Shown: in pieces, positions 1 to 10,892 of the stretch
How positions within the stretch are numbered: position 1 is the first letter of the stretch
Layout of the letters: every line of letters begins with the position of its first letter
Source: an uncultured bacterium
GTDB taxonomy: Bacteria; Fidelibacterota; Marinisomatia; Marinisomatales; UBA1611
NCBI GenBank assembly: GCA_943788175.1
Contig: CALSPG010000005.1
Span: 128,001-192,000, forward strand
DNA: 64,000 bases
Direction of reading: 5' to 3'
Translations under genes and position numbers: made by a program
Notes under the pieces: model-generated
Told to the model about the DNA's origin: nothing
What the model saw: only the letters and a program-made list of their open reading frames with translations
Databases searched by the model: none

Positions 1-657
1 GACTGTTCCATTTTTCAATTCAATTTTATATTGAAATTCAGGTATTTTTATTAAGTCTAATATCTCTCGACTAACATTTGGCATCGTTTGTTTTTTTTCA
101 AAAGCGGTGACAATACTTTTTAATGAATCTATTTGATTTTTCAATTCTCTTAAATTTGATTCATACTCAAAAAATTGATCTTCAAACTGTAACTTATCTA
201 CCTGTTCAAATCGCCTTACTTGTGGAAGAAGATCACTTTCTTTTTGTGTTTGAAGCGGTGTGTTAAGAGTTTGTAATTGGTCCGGCTTATCGAGCGAAGA
301 AATTTTCGAGTCTTCATTATCCTTTTGTTCTGTTTCTTTAACTATATTGATAATCAAATCTAAGTTTTCAACATTATCATCCATCACAGAAACAGGATTA
401 GAACTTTTAACCCCAGCATTTATGTTTATTGTGTATTTGCCACTACTAATTTTTTTAAGTTTAAAATCGCCTTTTCGATTTAACTTTGTCTTTTTAACCT
501 CTGAGCCATCGGTATCTTTTATTAAAGTCACGGAACCTTTTTTAATAATATTTCCATCTTGATCTTTAACGCTTCCTGATATTGTATAACTAGCTTGAAC
601 AGTATTTAAAAACCACGTGCAGAACAATAATATGATAAATATTTGTTTTTTATTCAT
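1..657 (-). CDS. Secreted protein with carboxypeptidase-regulatory-like Ig domain and coiled coil (3'-partial, absent from ORF track)
   Basis: Manual translation from ATG 657: MNKKQIFIILLFCTWFLNTVQA-SYTISGSVKDQDGNIIKKGSVTL...GDFKLKKISSGKYTINI; open to position 1; overlaps stop of upstream gene. Confidence 0.75.
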   Translation of the reverse strand, partial: MNKKQIFIILLFCTWFLNTVQASYTISGSVKDQDGNIIKKGSVTLIKDTDGSEVKKTKLNRKGDFKLKKISSGKYTININAGVKSSNPVSVMDDNVENLDLIINIVKETEQKDNEDSKISSLDKPDQLQTLNTPLQTQKESDLLPQVRRFEQVDKLQFEDQFFEYESNLRELKNQIDSLKSIVTAFEKKQTMPNVSREILDLIKIPEFQYKIELKNGTV

Positions 658-1786
658 GTTCTCTTTCATTTAAGCTCGCCTTAAAAGCCATCCTACGAAC
701 TTGTTCAGCCCATATTTTTTCTTCTCCAAGCATATAAACCATATCAAGGATATTATCATAGTAAACATAATTTTCTTTTTTTTCAAGAATAGGTAATATT
801 TTTGGAATAACATCGGGATCTTTAAAAGAGCCCAAGTTATCTATCGCTTTTTTTCGAATGTCTAAGGGATAATCGCTGTTACTCGCAATCTCTACAACTG
901 CGAGTTTGACTTCTGGCTCGTTGAACTCTCCTAGAGCAGAAAGCATTGTATTTAAGAGTGTATAATACTGACCTTTTCCAGTATTATATGTATTCAAAAG
1001 TGCCAAGATAAGGTTTTCTTGTTTTACCCCAGCCATAGTATTTATAGCAAATTCACGAACTTCTAAATTAGTGTTTGGATCACCCAACAATTCAGCGAAA
1101 GCGGTTGCAACATCTTCGGGGCTTTTTTTACCTAATATTTGAACGGCTTTATTTCTAATACCCAGCCTAACGTTTGGATCTTTTGCAATGGCAGTAAGAA
1201 CAGGTATTACTTGGTCGCTTTCTAATCCGCCTAATATTTGTGTCAGCATACTTTCTGTTCTGCTCATATTTGCTTTTGCAATTTCATATAAGTCTAGTAA
1301 TACAAGAATTTGATCTTTAGTTCTCACTTTATTCAAATTTTCGGCTATAGTTAAATGTAGGTTGTTTGTTCTATCTTCGAGGATATGCATGCTCTCAACC
1401 ATTGCAAAACTAGCTTTTGGGTTTTCTCTGAAAAGTGCGAGCATTTCTATTGAAGACTTCAAGAATGAGAAATCGACAGCGCTTGTTGTTTCAACCATTT
1501 TTGCAATAGCGTTCAACGCCATTGGGTGTTGAGTATTCGCTAACATTCTACCAGCTTCTATTCTAGCTTTTATATGTTGATCATCATCATTATAAACTTG
1601 AATCATTTCTTCTAAAGCTTGAATATCTCCATCTTGATATGCACTCCTTAGTTTCTGAATATTGTTGAGAAAATTTGGATCGTCAGGATCAATTATCGAC
1701 TTTTTTCCAAAAAAACTTTTAACAGTAGCACAACTTTGAAAAAGTGTAAAACAACAAATTATTATTATTAAATGTCTAATCATCAT
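650..1786 (-). CDS. HEAT-repeat putative lipoprotein
   Basis: Lipobox-like FQSC; repeated 'IR..A...LG' helical units. Confidence 0.7.
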   Translation of the reverse strand: MMIRHLIIIICCFTLFQSCATVKSFFGKKSIIDPDDPNFLNNIQKLRSAYQDGDIQALEEMIQVYNDDDQHIKARIEAGRMLANTQHPMALNAIAKMVETTSAVDFSFLKSSIEMLALFRENPKASFAMVESMHILEDRTNNLHLTIAENLNKVRTKDQILVLLDLYEIAKANMSRTESMLTQILGGLESDQVIPVLTAIAKDPNVRLGIRNKAVQILGKKSPEDVATAFAELLGDPNTNLEVREFAINTMAGVKQENLILALLNTYNTGKGQYYTLLNTMLSALGEFNEPEVKLAVVEIASNSDYPLDIRKKAIDNLGSFKDPDVIPKILPILEKKENYVYYDNILDMVYMLGEEKIWAEQVRRMAFKASLNEREHE

Positions 1787-2516
1787 TTTCCCATTGATGC
1801 AGTGTCAATTGTTTACCGTCAAAGACTGCATACGATGGCTGGTCTTGCCAGTCACCGAGAACCGCTAGTTTCCCTTTTCCTGCATCTATTAATTCATTTA
1901 GATGATAATGGCCACAAACCATGTAGTCAAATCCTTTTTCAAAGTGACTAGAAGCATGTTTTTTAAGTTCTGTTCTAATCTTATCCTTGATTTCAGTTGG
2001 TAACTCTGGGTGGTTCTCTGTTCGAGAGATTTTTCTGGCAATTTTATATGCAGTAGTTGGGTGTAAGAACCGAAAGCACCAAATGAAAAACGGAGAACGA
2101 ATTATCTTTTTTAAAATTCTATACCCATAATCCCAACTTAAGAGTCCATCTCCGTGAGTAATATAAAAGTTCTTTCCTCTAATAGAAAAAGTTGTATCGT
2201 CAAAGTAAGTATGGTTCATTAATTTTTCTTTCATGAAATCTAAAACCCAATAATCATGGTTCCCTGCAATAAACCTTAAATCTACTCCAGCTTTTCGTAA
2301 TTGAAATGCTTTATTATAAAAGTCAAAATATGATTTAGGTATCATATCAGGATATTCAAAATAAAAATCAAACAAATCACCAACAAAAAAAAGCGTGCCT
2401 CTTGTCGTTCTGACAAAATTTAAAAATCTATATAGGGATTGTCTTTTAGCATCTTCTTCGGAAGATTCATTTAACATTAAGTGCACATCTGAAATAAAAT
2501 AAATTGGTAATTCCAT
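1776..2516 (-). CDS. lpxH: UDP-2,3-diacylglucosamine diphosphatase
   Basis: Metallophosphoesterase motifs SDVH, GDLFD, GNHD, HGD, GHYH. Confidence 0.8.
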   Translation of the reverse strand: MELPIYFISDVHLMLNESSEEDAKRQSLYRFLNFVRTTRGTLFFVGDLFDFYFEYPDMIPKSYFDFYNKAFQLRKAGVDLRFIAGNHDYWVLDFMKEKLMNHTYFDDTTFSIRGKNFYITHGDGLLSWDYGYRILKKIIRSPFFIWCFRFLHPTTAYKIARKISRTENHPELPTEIKDKIRTELKKHASSHFEKGFDYMVCGHYHLNELIDAGKGKLAVLGDWQDQPSYAVFDGKQLTLHQWENDD

Positions 2517-2640
2517 GATTTAAAAAATATCTTTATAAATTTAGTTTTAATAAGAGTGTTAAATTTAACAATAAAATTTACTTTTCAGGACATATTGACA
2601 TTATCTTGAATTTTTTCTTAATGTATCAAACATCCTATTA

Positions 2641-5600
2641 ATGTATTTCGTTAATTCTAAAATGACTTTATTAAAATATATAACAGTTACTACTTTATTC
2701 ATCGGTTCACTTTTTGGACAGTCCTTTGGTAAAAATAAAGTTCAATACAGAGATTTCGACTGGTCATACATCCAAACACCTAATTTTGATATATATTTTT
2801 ATGGTAATAATCAGGACTTAGCAGAATTTACCTCAAAAGTTTCTGAAGAAGCCTACGATCAAATATCTACTCACCTTGCATGGGACTTGAAAAAGCGTGT
2901 TTCTATTTTAGTTTATAATTCTCACAATGAATTCCAGCAGACTAATGTTATTGGTCAGTATATGTCTGAAGGCATTGGTGGGGTAACCGAATTGTTTAAA
3001 AATAGGATAGTTTTTCCGTTTGATGGTGATTTCGAACAGTTTAGACATGTTATTCATCATGAATTAGTTCATGCCATGTTGAATGATATGGTTTATGGAG
3101 GTACAGCTCAAAATATGATGGCGAGTAGAACTAGAGTTCGAATTCCTTTATGGTCGAACGAAGGATTGGCCGAATTTTTAAGTTCAAATTGGGATACAAA
3201 AGCAGATATGGTTTTGCGTGATATTGCCATTCATGAAAGAATGCCTACTGTAAATGAGTTGAATTATTTTATGGCATACAAGGGTGGGCAATCCCTGTGG
3301 CGTTTTATTGCTGGTAAATATGGTAGGGAAAAAGTCGGAGAAATATTCCGTTCAATGAAGAAGACGCAAAATGCTGAGAAGGGTTATCAATTAGCTTTAG
3401 GGATGAAGTGGGATGAATTATCTGATCAATGGCACAAGTATTTGAAAAAAGAATATTGGCCAGATATAGCCGATAGAGATCCTCTTGAAGATATGTCAGA
3501 AAAAATTACTGATCATAAAAAAAATAGAAATTTTTACAATGTATCTCCATCTCTTTCTCCTGACGGCAGTACTGTAGCCTTACTTTCAGATAGGTCTGGT
3601 TATTTTGATGTTTACCTTTTAGATGCCGCCACAGGTAAGAAAAAAGCAACATTAGTCCAAGGGAGTCGCTCTGTTAATTTTGAAGAACTTAAGTGGTTGC
3701 AGCCTGGTATATCATGGTCACCTGATGGAGAAAAAATAGTAATTGCAACTAAATCTGGCTCTTCTGATGCACTGCAGATAATAGATGTTAAATCAAAAAA
3801 AGTAAAAAAAATTGCGATTGCCTTAGACGGCGTATTTTCTGCTGCATGGAGTCCCTCAGGAAACGATATTGCATTTGCGGGTAATCATAATGGCTCTAGT
3901 GATATCTATATTTACAATTTCGAAAAAGACAACTTTAAAAAAATTACAAATGATGTTTTTTCAGACTCATATCCATCTTGGAATCAAAATGGAGAGGAGA
4001 TTGCTTTTGTTTCAGATCGAGGTATTTACATAGATGGTAAATACAGCGGGAGAATAGAAGATCATGATTATCGTCAAACTGATATTTATGTTGTTAACAT
4101 AAATAGTGGCGAAATTAGTAGAGTTACGGACACTCCAGATAACGAGAGTTATCCTATTTGGGCAAATTCTGAAAGAACACTTTTCTATACCTCTGACCAC
4201 AACGGTGTTTATAATTTATATAAATATTCATTTAATGAAAATAGCAATAGAGATTCTGATAATAATAATGGTCCAATAGCGATTACAAACGTTTTAACAG
4301 GATTGCAACAGCCTACAATTTCTAAGGATGATAAATCAATAATTTTTGCTGGGTATTCTGGAGTTGGTTGGGACTTGTATGGTTTGAACAACCCATTAAA
4401 TATGAGCAGTAAAAAAATATCCCCTACACAATTCATTAAATCAAGAGATAAAGAAGATTTATCTGTAGCGGATATTCGCGATACAGATAAAATTGAAAGA
4501 ATTGATCTAAATACAAACTCTTCATATTCAAAGTGGGTATTTGCTAAGGGTTATGAGAATTATAACTATTCATTGGATGATAAGAGCCCTAAGAAAGAAA
4601 TAGCTGTCAAAGACACTCTTGTCGACGGTGCTCATATTCCAAAATCATATAAAACAAGATTTACATTAGATATGGTTAGCGGGAACTTGCAAATAAGTAA
4701 TGTGTTTGGTGCCACCGGTATGACTTACTTCGCTTTTAGTGATATCTTAGGTAATCATCAAATACAATTTGGTACAGAGATGGTACTCACTCTTGAAGAT
4801 AGTGATTATTTTTTATCATATGGTTATCTAAAGAATAAAACGGATTACTATTTTGTGGGTTTTCAGAATGCTGACTTTTTTCAAGCTGGTTATTATTCAC
4901 TTGGGCGTTTGAGGCATTATGGGTTGCAATCTTATATATCGCACCCATTTAGTCGTTTTCAAAGAATTGACTTTGGTCTTACATGGCATAATATTAGCTA
5001 TGATATTCTTGATAGGGTAATCAATACCTTTGGGCAAGAAGAATTAATAAAAAGGCCTGGGTCTTCGACAAATTTTTCTACAATTTTACCACGAGCAAGC
5101 TGGGTTATTGATAATTCTATTTTTGGATTTACTGGGCCAATAGATGGGTTCAGACAAAATATTTCTGTTACAGCTAGTCCTGGATGGAAAACTGATTTTA
5201 AGTTTCAAACTATAAAAGTGGATGCCCGAAAATACTGGCGCTTTGGACGTGATTATACTTTAGCTGTTAGAGGATTTTTAGGAAGAAGCCAAGGTAAAAA
5301 TGCTCAGAAATTTTTTCTAGGTGGGATACCATACTTGCTTACAGATTTTCAAAGTGGTACAACAAATGGAGATAGTGATGCTTCTGCATACAGGAGTGTT
5401 TTAACAGATACTTCAAATTCAAACTTAATAACTGACGTCTACTTTACAGAATATGCGTTCCCAATGAGAGGTGCTCGTTTCGCAGAGAGGGTTGGTACTT
5501 ATGCTTCACTTTTTAATTTTGAGGTAAGGTTTCCATTTATTAATTATCTTGCCTTAGGGTTTCCCCTTAAAAGTTGTGTTTGGAAATATAAGAGGTCATG

Positions 5601-5836
5601 CCTTTGTTGATGTTGGAGCAGCTTGGGATTCATCTAAGGAATTTTCTTCAAATAGTTGGCCAGAAAGATATGGTTCAAATGATACAGCAAAATTTTCTCC
5701 TTGGGTCGTTACATCTGGATTGGGCGTAAAAATTAATTTAGGATATTTTTTATTGAGAGTTGAATCTGCCTGGGATAAGAACCCAAGCGGTTATTCAAAG
5801 CCACAATGGTATTTGTCCCTAGGCCCTGATTGGTAA
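2641..5836 (+). CDS. Peptidase-MA-like + PD40/TolB propeller + Omp85-type barrel protein; one extra base near 5570 splits it
   Basis: HELVH...EGLAE zinc motif; SPSLSPDG/WSPDG/PSW repeats; C-terminal RG...EVRFP, FVDVGAAW, GLGVKI barrel motifs; removing one base in 'ccccttaaaagttg' joins 2641-5610 to 5576-5836. Confidence 0.8.
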
Positions 5837-5886
5837 AATATCTGTCTTGATTCCATCACCCGTAGAAACCAATTTCTCCTACTTCT

Positions 5887-7242
5887 ATGGCGAATAAAAA
5901 AAACAAAATAAACTTTTTATGCTCTGAATGTGGCGATGACTTTGCCAAGTGGAATGGGCAATGTCCTAGCTGCAAGGAGTGGGGTACACTTTCCGAGTTC
6001 AAGGTTTTAGGCAATAAAAATATAAAAAGATCTAAGGTTGATTACCGAGATTATAAGGCCCTCAATGATATTTTAGAATCTGACCCTGGAGAAAGAATAA
6101 CTACTAGCATGACAGAAGCAGATAGAGTGCTTGGGGGAGGCCTTTTGCCTGGGTCATTACTTCTATTAGGTGGAAGTCCTGGAGTAGGTAAGTCAACATT
6201 AGCGTTACATATTTGTTCTGGTGTTAACAAACCAATTTTATATGTCTCTGCAGAAGAAAGTGAAGAGCAAGTTGCTATTAGAGCAAAGAGAATAAGTGTT
6301 AGGCCTGATAACCTTCACCTATCAGGTGAGAATGATTTAAATGGAATCCTTATGCACATAGATAGAATTTCACCAGCTATGGTCATTATAGATTCAATCC
6401 AAACTATTGTAAATTCAGATTTAGACTCTTTGCCAGGTTCTCCTAGTCAGATTAGAGATTGTGGGCAAAAATTTTTGGAAGTCAGTAAACAAAATAATGT
6501 TATTATAATGATTATTGGGCATGTCACTAAAGAGGGGACTATTGCTGGGCCAAAAATGCTAGAGCATATGGTAGATACTGTGCTTTATTTAGAAGGCGAT
6601 GATAGATACGAGCACAGAATTTTAAGATCTGCAAAGAATCGGTTTGGAGCTACAAATGAGGTGGGCATTTTTCATATGAATGAAGATGGTCTTAATGAAG
6701 TCTCAAATCCGTCTGAAATGTTTTTGTCAGAAAGAAGTAAAAACATACCAGGAACTTGTATTTATCCATCTTTAGAAGGCACTAGACCGATATTAATTGA
6801 AGTTCAAGCATTGGTTTCCACCGCTAATTTTGGGACACCTCAAAGAAATGTAAATGGTTTTGATTTAAGAAGGCTATCCATGCTTTTAGCAGTTTTAGAA
6901 AAAAGAATGGAGCTAGTTATGGGGGTCAAAGATGTTTTTATCAATTTAGTTGGAGGTCTAAAAGTGGATGACCCAGCAGCTGACTTATCAATTTTATGTG
7001 CAATAGCTTCAAGTTTTATGGATAAATCAATTGATGAAACAATCGTTTTTGTTGGAGAAATTGGTTTAGCAGGCGAAATCAGGTCAATCAGTCGGTTAGG
7101 GCATAGGTTAGCTGAAGTTTCAGCTTTAGGTTTTAGTGGGGCCGTAGTTCCATCAGCGAGTATGAATGGGAAATTAGAAAAGCATAATCTAAAGATTTAT
7201 CCGGTTGACAATGTTAGGCAAGCTTTCGACATATTATTTTGA
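5887..7242 (+). CDS. radA: DNA repair protein RadA/Sms
   Basis: CxxC...CxxC zinc finger, GGSPGVGKST, KNRFG, Lon-like C-terminus. Confidence 0.97.
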   Translation: MANKKNKINFLCSECGDDFAKWNGQCPSCKEWGTLSEFKVLGNKNIKRSKVDYRDYKALNDILESDPGERITTSMTEADRVLGGGLLPGSLLLLGGSPGVGKSTLALHICSGVNKPILYVSAEESEEQVAIRAKRISVRPDNLHLSGENDLNGILMHIDRISPAMVIIDSIQTIVNSDLDSLPGSPSQIRDCGQKFLEVSKQNNVIIMIIGHVTKEGTIAGPKMLEHMVDTVLYLEGDDRYEHRILRSAKNRFGATNEVGIFHMNEDGLNEVSNPSEMFLSERSKNIPGTCIYPSLEGTRPILIEVQALVSTANFGTPQRNVNGFDLRRLSMLLAVLEKRMELVMGVKDVFINLVGGLKVDDPAADLSILCAIASSFMDKSIDETIVFVGEIGLAGEIRSISRLGHRLAEVSALGFSGAVVPSASMNGKLEKHNLKIYPVDNVRQAFDILF

Positions 7243-8372
7243 AGTATTCAATAACCCATTTTGACAAAAAAACTTCCGCTAGAACAGGTCTAATCACAAC
7301 AGATCATGGCAATATTCAGACCCCCGTGTTTATGCCAGTTGGAACTATTGGAGCTGTTAAAACATTTTCCCCCCATGAATTAGAAGGTTTAGGCGCAGAC
7401 ATCATCCTTGGAAACACCTACCACCTTTATTTAAGACCAGGGACTGATATTATTCACGAAGCAGGTGGCCTTCATGCATTTTCAAACTGGACAAAACCGA
7501 TGTTAACTGATAGTGGAGGCTTCCAAGTCTTTTCATTAGCCAACTTAAACAAAATAACAGATGATGGTGTTGAGTTTCAATCCCACTTAGATGGAAGTTC
7601 TCATAATTTGACGCCAGAAAAATCTATGGAAATTCAGCGTTTTTTAGGTTCAGATATAATTATGGCCTTTGATCATTGTCCTCCAGGGAAAGCAGATAAA
7701 AAAGAAGTAATCAAAGCTGTAAAAAGAACGAGCGATTGGTTTAAGAGGTGTAAAATATATTTGCGAAATAATCCTAGCTTATACAGCCACGATCAAACTT
7801 TATTTCCCATAATTCAAGGTGGGGTGGATAAGGAAATGAGAAGAATAAGTATTGAAGGGTTAGTTGAACAAGCAGATTCGGGGATCGCAATCGGGGGACT
7901 AGCTGTAGGAGAGGAAAAAAACGCGATGTTTGACACAATTGACTTTTGTGATTCGTTGCTTCCTAAAGATAGGCCTAGGTATTTAATGGGTGTTGGAAAA
8001 CCTACAGACATTGTAAGAGCGATTAGACTAGGTGTTGATATGTTTGATTGCGTAATGCCGACAAGGAATGGTCGAAACGGTCAAATATTTACATCTGATG
8101 GAACAGTTAACATTACAAATGGAAAATATAAAAATGACCATTCATTAATCGATGAAAATAGTACACATGCTTATGGGCGCATGTTTACAAAGTCATATGT
8201 CAGGCACCTTTTTAATGTTAAGGAGATTCTAGGATTACGCATTGCCTCGACTTTAAACATCTCTTACTACATTTCATTAACAAAAAAAATACAAGAAACT
8301 ATTCAATCGGGTGACTTTGATGTTTGGTCCAACAGTTGGCTTAATGATATGAAATTGAAAAAAGGCATGTGA
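7239..8372 (+). CDS. tgt: tRNA-guanine transglycosylase
   Basis: TPVFMPVGT, TDSGGFQVFSL, DMFDCVMPTRNGRNG. Confidence 0.95.
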   Translation: MKYSITHFDKKTSARTGLITTDHGNIQTPVFMPVGTIGAVKTFSPHELEGLGADIILGNTYHLYLRPGTDIIHEAGGLHAFSNWTKPMLTDSGGFQVFSLANLNKITDDGVEFQSHLDGSSHNLTPEKSMEIQRFLGSDIIMAFDHCPPGKADKKEVIKAVKRTSDWFKRCKIYLRNNPSLYSHDQTLFPIIQGGVDKEMRRISIEGLVEQADSGIAIGGLAVGEEKNAMFDTIDFCDSLLPKDRPRYLMGVGKPTDIVRAIRLGVDMFDCVMPTRNGRNGQIFTSDGTVNITNGKYKNDHSLIDENSTHAYGRMFTKSYVRHLFNVKEILGLRIASTLNISYYISLTKKIQETIQSGDFDVWSNSWLNDMKLKKGM

Positions 8373-8848
8373 TGACTAAAGTAGTAACTCGAGTTATCGA
8401 TGCTTATGTCTACAGAAAGACATCTGAAGGGATTAAATATTTAATTTTAAAACGCGCAAAAACAAAAATTTATGAGCACCTTTGGCAAGGAGTGGCTGGT
8501 AAAATTGAAAAGGGCGAAGAAGCTTGGGAAGCAGCAATTAGAGAGCTCAAGGAAGAAACAAATTTAACACCCGTTACAATGTTCATAGCTGACCATGTTA
8601 GTCAATTTTATGAAAAGCATAAAGATAGAATTAATTTTGTGCCAGTTTTTGGAATCGAAGTTGATTCGGGTGATGTATCAATATCAAGCGAACATTGCGA
8701 GTTTAAATGGGTTGAATTTGAAATAGCTTTATCTCATTTAGTTTGGAATGGACAAAAAAAAGGGATTAATGTAATTAATGAGATGATTATATCTAATGAT
8801 GACAGAATGAAGTGGTCTGGAATTAATCTATCCGATACATTGTTTTGA
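8369..8848 (+). CDS. NUDIX hydrolase, NudB-like
   Basis: WQGVAGKIEKGEEAWEAAIRELKEET Nudix box; SEH motif. Confidence 0.8.
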   Translation: MMTKVVTRVIDAYVYRKTSEGIKYLILKRAKTKIYEHLWQGVAGKIEKGEEAWEAAIRELKEETNLTPVTMFIADHVSQFYEKHKDRINFVPVFGIEVDSGDVSISSEHCEFKWVEFEIALSHLVWNGQKKGINVINEMIISNDDRMKWSGINLSDTLF

Positions 8849-10836
8849 TAAATATTGTAAATATTTCTAGGAGACTAAAATATTTATTTGGTATTACAAT
8901 TTTATCTTGGTCTTTATTTATAGTTCTACGTTTTTCTTTCTTCTTTCTTTTTTATGAACCTTCCAGCTTAATAGACATTTTAAAAAGCTTTTGGATTGGT
9001 ATTAGGTTTGATTTGAGGCTAGCTATTCTTTTGTCATTGCCCTGTTTGATTATTACTATTGGCCCTATAGTTAAATATTGGAAGTTTTCTTATACAGTTG
9101 TTGCTGCAAATTGGACTTACTCATTAGCATTAACATCAGCAATTTTTTTTTACATTTTTGATTTTGCGACCTATGGTTATACTCAACAAAGAATTGACAT
9201 AACCGTTTTTACATTATTGGAAAACTTTACTATATCATTAGGAATGATATGGGAATCTTATCCGGTCATACGATTGTTATTACTCGTATTAATACTATGC
9301 GCACTTTTTATTAAAATTCACAACTGGTTAATAGATGTAACATTAAAAAAGAAGAAAGTTTTTCAAACTAAATATCAGAAAAGTTTTCAACTCATATTAT
9401 GTTTTTTTATATATATATTCGGTTTTTGGGGCACAATTTCTCAATATATGTTGTTGTGGAGCGATGCATTTTTTAGCAGGAGTGCTTTCATTTCTGCCTT
9501 AGCGTTAAATCCTGTTTTATATTTTTATGATACAACAACTTTTCAAGAAGCTGATTTTGAAATAGATAAAGTAAAGGAATCCTATCCTATTATTTCAAAT
9601 TATTTAGGAACGACTAACCCAGATATAAATAATTTAAACTATGTCAGAGAGATTGAACCAAGCATAAAATTGAGCAATCATCCTAATGTAGTGATAATAT
9701 TTATGGAATCAGTTGGTTTAAATAGGTTGGGTATTGCTGGAAATCCGTTAAAGGCGACTCCTTTTCTTGATAGTCTCTCATCTAATGGAATATTCTCTCC
9801 AAAATTTTATATACCTTGGGTCAGTACTTCTAGATCTGTTTTTACGATGCTTACAGGAATTCCAGATGTTGCAAGAAGAACATCATCAAGGAATCCGATT
9901 ATCAGAGATCAATATAGTATTATTTCAGAATTTGAAGATTATGAAAAATATTATATGATAGGCGGAAGCGCTAGCTGGGCCAATATTAGAAGCCTAGTAT
10001 CTTATAACATAAAACAAATGAAGCTGATCGAAATGGATGATATAAATCGACCGAGAGTGGACGTTTGGGGAGTATCTGACCTAGATTTATTCAAAGAAGC
10101 AGACAATATCCTCAAAAATAAAAAAGAGTTATCTAAACCAAGCTTTATAATCATTCAAACAGCCGGGAATCATCGTCCCTATACAATCCCTGACGACAAT
10201 GACGGTTTCATTGTAAATAATATAAAAAAAGATAGTCTTAACAAAGCTGGTTTTAAATCAGTTGAGCAGTTTAATGCAATGAGACTTTTAGATCACTCTA
10301 TAGGAACGTTTTTTGAATTAGCAAAAGAGTCATCCTACTATGAAAACACTATATTTGTCTTATTTGGGGATCATGGTACAGCTGACCCTCAGGCAGAACA
10401 TATGGGCCTTGAAGATTACGAACTTAAATTAAGGTCTTATAATGTCCCATTAATAATTTTTTCTCCAAAAATAATTCAGAATCCACAGATAATAAACCGG
10501 GCATCAGGTTTATCTGATTTGATACCCACGATTGCAGGTCTGTGTAAAATACCATATATGAATAAGACAATTGGAAGAGATCTTTTAAGTTCTGATAATA
10601 ATCTTGCATTCTTAGTAAATAAAAAAATGAATCCAACCAGCTATGGAGTAATAGATGACCAATTTTATTTAAGAGTTTTTCGTGATGGGTCTGGATATGA
10701 ACTGCATAATATTTTAGATAAAAATCCTATAAAAAATGTCAGAAGCATTTTTCCAAATGAAGCGGATTCATTAAAGAAGATAGCTGATGCCATTTATCAC
10801 ACATCAAAGTATATGTTATATCACAATAACAATTAA
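8845..10836 (+). CDS. LTA synthase family / sulfatase-like membrane phosphotransferase
   Basis: N-terminal TM segments, NVVIIFMES, NHRPY, GDHG. Confidence 0.88.
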   Translation: MINIVNISRRLKYLFGITILSWSLFIVLRFSFFFLFYEPSSLIDILKSFWIGIRFDLRLAILLSLPCLIITIGPIVKYWKFSYTVVAANWTYSLALTSAIFFYIFDFATYGYTQQRIDITVFTLLENFTISLGMIWESYPVIRLLLLVLILCALFIKIHNWLIDVTLKKKKVFQTKYQKSFQLILCFFIYIFGFWGTISQYMLLWSDAFFSRSAFISALALNPVLYFYDTTTFQEADFEIDKVKESYPIISNYLGTTNPDINNLNYVREIEPSIKLSNHPNVVIIFMESVGLNRLGIAGNPLKATPFLDSLSSNGIFSPKFYIPWVSTSRSVFTMLTGIPDVARRTSSRNPIIRDQYSIISEFEDYEKYYMIGGSASWANIRSLVSYNIKQMKLIEMDDINRPRVDVWGVSDLDLFKEADNILKNKKELSKPSFIIIQTAGNHRPYTIPDDNDGFIVNNIKKDSLNKAGFKSVEQFNAMRLLDHSIGTFFELAKESSYYENTIFVLFGDHGTADPQAEHMGLEDYELKLRSYNVPLIIFSPKIIQNPQIINRASGLSDLIPTIAGLCKIPYMNKTIGRDLLSSDNNLAFLVNKKMNPTSYGVIDDQFYLRVFRDGSGYELHNILDKNPIKNVRSIFPNEADSLKKIADAIYHTSKYMLYHNNN

Positions 10837-10892
10837 TTTTATATATTCTACTATATACTAAGTTTGTAAATAATCAAGTTAGGCAGGTTTAA

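Noticed and set aside
260-562. 100-aa plus-strand ORF
   Set aside because: Antisense shadow of the real minus-strand gene 1-657
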